Shown here: piece after piece, positions 58,536-64,000 of the stretch
How positions within the stretch are numbered: the first letter of the stretch is position 1
Layout: each line of letters opens with the position of its first letter
Assembly (NCBI GenBank): GCA_963664325.2
Contig: CAXXDQ010000007.1
Span: 640,001-704,000 of the forward strand
Reading direction: 5' to 3'
Source: Desulfomonilia bacterium
Lineage (GTDB): Bacteria > Desulfobacterota > Desulfomonilia > UBA1062
Length of the DNA stretch: 64,000 nucleotides
Position numbers and translations under genes: made by a program
Notes under the pieces: model-generated
Databases searched by the model: none
What the model saw: only the letters and a program-made list of their open reading frames with translations
Told to the model about the DNA's origin: nothing

Positions 58536-59558
58536 TCATGAATCTAACTTTATTTTAATTTGAGTATTCTTGCTATATATCTTTACCTGTAGCCAAGATT
58601 CTAAACTACTACATTTTTTTTCTAAATCATTAATGTTTAGCTTCGAACCAGATGCAACAGATAATTTTATTTCGTCTTTGGAACAGTCAAACAAAATATT
58701 CTTTAATATTTTTAAATTGGAGTATCCTTTAGCACCATATAGTTTTATTGGGTCAATTGTATCGACTAATCCAAGTAAAAATAAAAGAGGAGCCTCTTCT
58801 GAAGAAATAGGCATGTGATTAATTAAGCAATCAAGATTATATCCCTCATAAATTTTCTTCATATTACTACCAGCAAACCATATATTATGAGTTGCAATGG
58901 TAGCTCCTGCTAAGGCATATTCGTCGTCTAAATCATCTCCCCAGTAGAAAACATTATCATTTCCATTCCTTCGAAAAAGTCTATTTTTTACAAGCATGTC
59001 ATATAAGTACATCCCAGCGACTATTCCATGATCAATTTCTTTGCGTTCAGTTAGTTTATATAAAAAATAGTTGCTGATATTCTTATAAAGATCTTTTGGA
59101 ATGTTATTAGGATTTTTATCTAATAAATAATGTTCTACTTCAAAATATCTTCTAAGACTATCAATATCCTTTATTTTTGATGAATATTTTCTACTATTCT
59201 TTTCATAATCGTACCCAAAATCATGAAAAAGACAAGTTAGAAACCACAGAAATGGAAAATCAATTCTATTCAGGTTTCTTCCCCCACACATTTTTTGTTT
59301 AATTATTGAGTTATGATAAATAAGTATGCCAATAAAAAAAATGGAAACTGTATGTTTACTTCTATGCAAAAGGCTATTCTTGATAGTAAAATATTCTTTA
59401 AAAATACCCCCTTTCCCTCCTCTTTTAAAATAGTTTTTTATAAATTCTCCTTGATTACTGTTTTTTAAGATTGGGTTATCTAAACTAATAGAAGGGTTAT
59501 AATAGTAATTCCATTGGTTCGATGGAATTTCACTGATTCTATCAAAAAGACTTTTCAT
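58536..59558 (-). CDS. HD-domain metal-dependent phosphohydrolase-like protein, AT-rich
   Basis: HRSKH, LFHDFGY, DHG, THN, LVDTID motifs. Confidence 0.72.
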   Translation of the reverse strand: MKSLFDRISEIPSNQWNYYYNPSISLDNPILKNSNQGEFIKNYFKRGGKGGIFKEYFTIKNSLLHRSKHTVSIFFIGILIYHNSIIKQKMCGGRNLNRIDFPFLWFLTCLFHDFGYDYEKNSRKYSSKIKDIDSLRRYFEVEHYLLDKNPNNIPKDLYKNISNYFLYKLTERKEIDHGIVAGMYLYDMLVKNRLFRRNGNDNVFYWGDDLDDEYALAGATIATHNIWFAGSNMKKIYEGYNLDCLINHMPISSEEAPLLFLLGLVDTIDPIKLYGAKGYSNLKILKNILFDCSKDEIKLSVASGSKLNINDLEKKCSSLESWLQVKIYSKNTQIKIKLDS

Positions 59559-59702
59559 AATTTAATAGGATACCTTCAACTTCTTCCAATTAATTTAGTA
59601 AACTTTAAAACATAGAACCATAGGTGGCACTGATGCTTAAATTACTTATCTGCTAAAATTAATTAAGCTATATGTTTATCAATGCCCTTTCATTTCTCCC
59701 TG

Positions 59703-60605
59703 TTAGGACATTAGCGACGCTAAGGTCGGTAAATATGGAGCTACAATAGGACCAAATATCTGTATATGATCTGCCAAAAGCGAGATAAACTTTTGGTAGT
59801 GCTCCTTGAAACCTTCAGTACCCTGAGTTGACCTCATTTCTTCAACAGTCGCCGCAAATTTTGATATTATTGTTTTATCTTCACTAGATTCAGTCAGAGA
59901 GTTTAACAAGCCTGTAAACAATTTTTCATTTTCAGTTTTGCTTATTGCCTTCTGCTTTACGTTGGTGTTACCTGTGGCAACATTTTGCACATTCCCTGCA
60001 ATATAGGTATTAAATATTTGATGAACTTTTTCTTGTGGCACTGGATTTGAATTGACAGGAGCTTCACCAGCAGTGGGTGATTCTGTCTCGATTTCTAGTA
60101 CAAAATTTAAAACTCTATTTCTTACTGCATCAAGCGCTGCAACAATTGCAGATTTAGGAATAACTTTCCATGCCTGCATGCAGTTCATTCCTTCATATAT
60201 ATTTTGACCTACATACAAAACTAAATCTGGATTCCATTGTTCTTGAAGAGTACCAGTACCACTTTCGGAATCTCTTATAAGCGACTCCATAGAGGCTATA
60301 GGTTGAGTTAAATATGAATGGGATAGTTTCTTATGGAACTCTTTGGGAATGCAGGACAAAGGAATATCCGCATTACGTAACCCAGATTGAAATGGGCCAG
60401 AAAAATGTCCTTTGGAATTAACATTCAAAATACGATAATCCGGCAAGTTTTCAATATCGGCATATCCGCTTAATTCATTTTCCACCCATTGTTTAAACTC
60501 CGGGTTTCCTAAACGAGCTGCAAGGACTTTGCATTTCCTGAGCAATAACGCCAAATCTGTATTTGAATCAATCGCAGCATTCTGTATTTCTCGTAATAGA
60601 GACAT
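59703..60605 (-). CDS. AbiTii-like N-terminal domain protein
   Basis: LLREIQNAAID...LLLRKCKVLAARL...WVENELSGY....LPDYR. Confidence 0.78.
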   Translation of the reverse strand: MSLLREIQNAAIDSNTDLALLLRKCKVLAARLGNPEFKQWVENELSGYADIENLPDYRILNVNSKGHFSGPFQSGLRNADIPLSCIPKEFHKKLSHSYLTQPIASMESLIRDSESGTGTLQEQWNPDLVLYVGQNIYEGMNCMQAWKVIPKSAIVAALDAVRNRVLNFVLEIETESPTAGEAPVNSNPVPQEKVHQIFNTYIAGNVQNVATGNTNVKQKAISKTENEKLFTGLLNSLTESSEDKTIISKFAATVEEMRSTQGTEGFKEHYQKFISLLADHIQIFGPIVAPYLPTLASLMS

Positions 60606-60994
60606 ATTATCTTTCCTTTAAGCTATATTATTTCTATATTGATTATATGGAAACTTGAAAAGGAAACTCAAGTCAAGTTTCAAAACATATAGTAGTTCCA
60701 TAATTGTCTTTATAAACAGAAGAGGAATTTCTCTTATTTTGACTTGAGAAATTGAATATAAGAACATGATATTTGTTTTCTCCCATTAATTACATCGGTT
60801 TCTAATAAAATAAATGCAACTATCGGTTGTGAAGCCTCTTGCAGGGCGGCAGAACAAATTTTATCTACGCCTTCGGCTTTAGCAGCCAAACAAGATGTTT
60901 GTGATCCCATTTTCGCATCATAAAAATTTACGAATCGAAGATGCGCCTGTATCGAAACAATTCAAAGGCATTTAATAATCTCAAACAGTGAATT

Positions 60995-61119
60995 ATTCCG
61001 GCTTGCATTCGAGATGATGCCGCGAAGGCCAGGAGGAAGCGACGCAGGCATACTTTAACGTATGTTGAGGAGCATTTCGACGCAGCCGACAACGGCAGGG
61101 CTTGAATGCGAGCCGGAAT
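60995..61119. repeat. About 125-bp MITE/REP-like palindromic element
   Basis: Terminal inverted repeats ATTCCGGCTTGCATTCGAG / CTTGAATGCGAGCCGGAAT; internal hairpin GCATAC-TTTAAC-GTATGT. Confidence 0.6.
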
Positions 61120-63020
61120 CAGCAGAACTTGCTGAGGAGGATTTGAGTTGATATGATGCCTACAAACGCACTATTATCCCGCCACCCCAACCTTGACGAC
61201 TCCGCACATTTTTTTATGAGCGTCTCCACCATCTTCGGCTCGAACAGGCCTGAGCTTTCGATTGCCGAGGTATCGAGATAAGGCGCGATGTTTGCGCGCG
61301 GTAAGCCGCCTTCGAAGAAGCCCTCCTTGTTCGGCGCGCCGTAGGGCTGCTTTGTGCGGGAAAATATCTCACGCGGCAGTTCGTCCATAAAGGCCTTCTT
61401 GAGGATATACTTTTCTGTAAGGCCCTTGAGCTTCAGCTTAGGGTCAATCCTGTTGGCGAATTCCGCGACATTATGATCAAGGAAGGGATAGCGGCCTTCC
61501 ACGCTGTGCGCCATTGTCATGCGCTCGCCCTGGGAGCAGAGCAGGTATCCTGCCAGCAGGAGCTTTATCTCGATATACTGGGCCTGATTGAGCGGATGCC
61601 ACCTTTTGAAGTCATCAGGTATCAGGGTTTCCAGTTCAAGGACAGGGTCGTACCCGGCAAGCTCCTCCTTCAGCTTCGATGTAAAGTAGGCCTGGATGCC
61701 GGAGGTATTCCTCCACGTGGGCAGGTGCGAATACCCGAAATGCCCGGTTTGGGCGATGTCCTTCTTGTAAAACGATATGAGCATGGCGCCCGAGCGCTTC
61801 ATCTGCACAGGCGAATACGGGTAAAGCCTGAAAAGGAGCTGCGGCCTTAATTTTGAATCGGGATACTTCGACCAGAACCTGCGTATCCTGTTTTCCTTGA
61901 ATATGTCATAGCCGCCGAAGAGCTCGTCGGAACCCTCGCCCGTAAGCACCACCTTGATCCCGTGGCTTCTCGTGAGTCCGGAAAGACGGTGCATCGGCGC
62001 AGGGGCGGACCGCAGCACGGGCGTCTCGGCATGCCAGACAACATCCTCGAAGACATTCCCGATATCAGAGTAGTCAATCTTTTCCACATGGTGATTCGTG
62101 CCGAGCGCCTTGCCCATCATCTCCTGGAAGGGCGCCTCGTCATATGCAGCATCGGCAAAGCTTACTGAAAAAGTTTCCATGTGCTGGGCGTGTTTCCTGA
62201 CAAGCAGGCAGAGTATGCTGGAATCCAGGCCGCCGCTCAGATATGCGCCCACAGGCACGTCGGCCCTGAGCCTTATGAATGCAGAATAGTCGAGCCGCTC
62301 CCTTATGCCTTCGACGGCTGTCTTCTCGTTGGTAATGTCGTGGCCGTCCGCATCAGGGAATGTGATATCCCAGTAGATCTGCTTTCTCACCCCGGACCCG
62401 TCGGCCACCATGAATTCTCCGGGCCTCAATTGGCTTACGCCTTCGAAAACAGTCCTCGGCGCAACCGTGTTCCAGAACGTGAACACCTGCGACAGGCCCT
62501 TGCTGTCGAGGCTTAATCTTCCCAGAACCGGCAGCATGGCCTTTACTTCGGATGAAAATATCAGGCTGTCACCCTTGAAAGCATAGAATAAGGGCGAAAT
62601 CCCGAACCGGTCGCGGGCCAGCACCAGCCGCTTGTTCCTGGTGTCCCACAGCGCAAAGGCAAACTGGCCGTTCATGTGTTCGAACATGTTAAGCCCGTAT
62701 TCGTCGTAGAGGTGCGGGATCAGCTCGATGTCACAGTCGGTGCGGAAGACGTGGCCTTTTTTTTTGAGTTCCTCGCGAAGTTCGATGTAATTGAAGATCT
62801 CGCCGTTGGCCGAGACAACTATGCTGCCGTCATTGTTGGACATGGGCTGTCTGCCGGTGGATACGCCGATAATGGATAGCCTTTTGTGGCCGAGCAGCAG
62901 CCCGCCATCCGCCCATGTGCCGTACTCGTCGGGCCCCCTGTGGTTCATGGTGGAGAGCATCCTTTCGATGTCCTCCAGAGAGAATCCGGCCGGATTATAT
63001 ATTCCAGCTACACCGCACAC
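61119..63020 (-). CDS. asnB: Asparagine synthase (glutamine-hydrolysing) family amidotransferase
   Basis: GTG 63020 gives N-terminal Cys (CGVAG); HRGPD, RLSII, NGEIFN, LSGGLDSS, GEGSDE. Confidence 0.93.
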   Translation of the reverse strand: MCGVAGIYNPAGFSLEDIERMLSTMNHRGPDEYGTWADGGLLLGHKRLSIIGVSTGRQPMSNNDGSIVVSANGEIFNYIELREELKKKGHVFRTDCDIELIPHLYDEYGLNMFEHMNGQFAFALWDTRNKRLVLARDRFGISPLFYAFKGDSLIFSSEVKAMLPVLGRLSLDSKGLSQVFTFWNTVAPRTVFEGVSQLRPGEFMVADGSGVRKQIYWDITFPDADGHDITNEKTAVEGIRERLDYSAFIRLRADVPVGAYLSGGLDSSILCLLVRKHAQHMETFSVSFADAAYDEAPFQEMMGKALGTNHHVEKIDYSDIGNVFEDVVWHAETPVLRSAPAPMHRLSGLTRSHGIKVVLTGEGSDELFGGYDIFKENRIRRFWSKYPDSKLRPQLLFRLYPYSPVQMKRSGAMLISFYKKDIAQTGHFGYSHLPTWRNTSGIQAYFTSKLKEELAGYDPVLELETLIPDDFKRWHPLNQAQYIEIKLLLAGYLLCSQGERMTMAHSVEGRYPFLDHNVAEFANRIDPKLKLKGLTEKYILKKAFMDELPREIFSRTKQPYGAPNKEGFFEGGLPRANIAPYLDTSAIESSGLFEPKMVETLIKKCAESSRLGWRDNSAFVGIISTQILLSKFC

Positions 63021-63199
63021 ATACGACTCCTGAAAACTTTTATTAAATAATACATCGGCTGAAAAGAATGAAACCTGCAACTTAAAATCATACGCCGATG
63101 CATAATCGGAACATATTCTTTTTTTTAAAGTATTGCCCTGCCTCGGACTTTCTTCAAAAAACCAATGACATTTTTATCATATGCCTATAAATAACCGGT

Positions 63200-63862
63200 A
63201 TGAAAAAGACAGCCGGATTTATCGCAATACTGTTTGCGCTCCTGTTGCAAATGGGATGCTCCATGCCCCTGAGCATTCTGAACAGTGCCGACAGCGCGGA
63301 TATTTACAAGGCGTGGGGCGGAAGATACTGCACGGGTGACATGTATCTCGCGGGCAACTCTGAGATAATCCTGAGATTGGGAAATTACAAGCTTTATGGT
63401 GACAGCGTCCTTAGCAAGGCTCCCAAGCTGCCCTCATGCAGATATTATCTCATGCTGGTTTCCTCCGGGTATTCAAGGAGCGTCTTCCAGACGCCTTCAA
63501 CCCTGGTTGTCGTTATCGATGATGAGGCGGTAATCCCGCTCAGCATCTCGGGGGCCACCACAAGCGGGGCAAAAGGCAAATATCTGCTGTCCAATGCGCA
63601 GGACTCTCCGGCAACCCCCAATGCGGATGTGTACGAAATGCAGCCTTTCTACAAAAAAATTGTCTATTACGGCATTGACGCCAGGGTTATAAAGAGCATG
63701 GCCGAATCGAAAAAGCTTTACCTGAAAACGGAAAACAATATTTATGATCTCATGAAGCTAGACGACAAAAAGAAGTATGCCCCCCGGACGTTTATCGAAG
63801 GGTGCAGAAAGTTTTATTATGACGTGGTTTTAAGCCAGTGCGGCCCCATGAATGAAAAATAA
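63200..63862 (+). CDS. Hypothetical lipoprotein
   Basis: Signal peptide with lipobox QMGC; 220 aa. Confidence 0.7.
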   Translation: MKKTAGFIAILFALLLQMGCSMPLSILNSADSADIYKAWGGRYCTGDMYLAGNSEIILRLGNYKLYGDSVLSKAPKLPSCRYYLMLVSSGYSRSVFQTPSTLVVVIDDEAVIPLSISGATTSGAKGKYLLSNAQDSPATPNADVYEMQPFYKKIVYYGIDARVIKSMAESKKLYLKTENNIYDLMKLDDKKKYAPRTFIEGCRKFYYDVVLSQCGPMNEK

Positions 63863-63948
63863 GGGCCAAAATCCCGGGATTATTGAAACATTTTTCCGGG
63901 GACAGTGAAAATATCAATCAGGCGATATTTACCTGCGGCGCAGCTGAT

Positions 63949-63989
63949 AAAAAAGGCCTCGACAGTATTACCTGTTGAGGCCCCTTTTT
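63949..63989. terminator. Bidirectional rho-independent terminator
   Basis: A-run, GGCCTCGACAG-TATTAC-CTGTTGAGGCC, T-run. Confidence 0.75.
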
Positions 63990-64000
63990 CTTCCGGGAAG

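Noticed and set aside
51942-60605. Integron cassette array
   Set aside because: The genes are cassette-like and one stop reads TAAC, but I found no paired attC boxes and no integrase.
61119-63020. Lasso-peptide cyclase
   Set aside because: The N-terminal Cys glutaminase domain is intact and no precursor or B protein is adjacent.
1-64000. CRISPR array, rRNA, tRNA or intact transposase/integrase
   Set aside because: No regularly spaced repeats, recognisable RNA genes or recombinase motifs were seen by eye; a dedicated scan was not possible.

Overview
A 64-kb bacterial chromosomal window, probably from an anaerobic Deltaproteobacteria/Desulfobacterota-type organism (inferred from gene content only). 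In order it holds: a DUF2520/Rossmann protein fused in frame to an RfaE-II adenylyltransferase; comF; an exopolysaccharide export locus (Wzc-like kinase, ExeA-LysM-SPOR ATPase, chain-length protein, frameshifted beta-barrel, Wza-like protein) with a sigma54 two-component pair; ffh; an alpha-galactoside operon split by an AT-rich cassette (orphan antitoxin, dual-OB-like protein, two DUF488 proteins, HsdR-N-like nuclease); glf; an unusual cluster of a GT1 glycosyltransferase, three stand-alone condensation-type acyltransferases, a CapA-like protein, a divergent CofE-like ligase and two paralogous MFS pumps; an ADC-like/PanE-like pair; a carboxylesterase; DtxR plus feoAB; an OmpA-like lipoprotein; RNase Z-like gene and nadE; lon; a sigma54-driven exported protein; two lipoproteins with a shared N-domain and different Cys-rich C-domains (one thaumatin-like); vapBC; an AT-rich HD plus AbiTii pair; a MITE-like palindrome; and asnB. 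I saw no rRNA, tRNA, CRISPR array or intact transposase. All family calls come from motifs read by eye; no database search was run.
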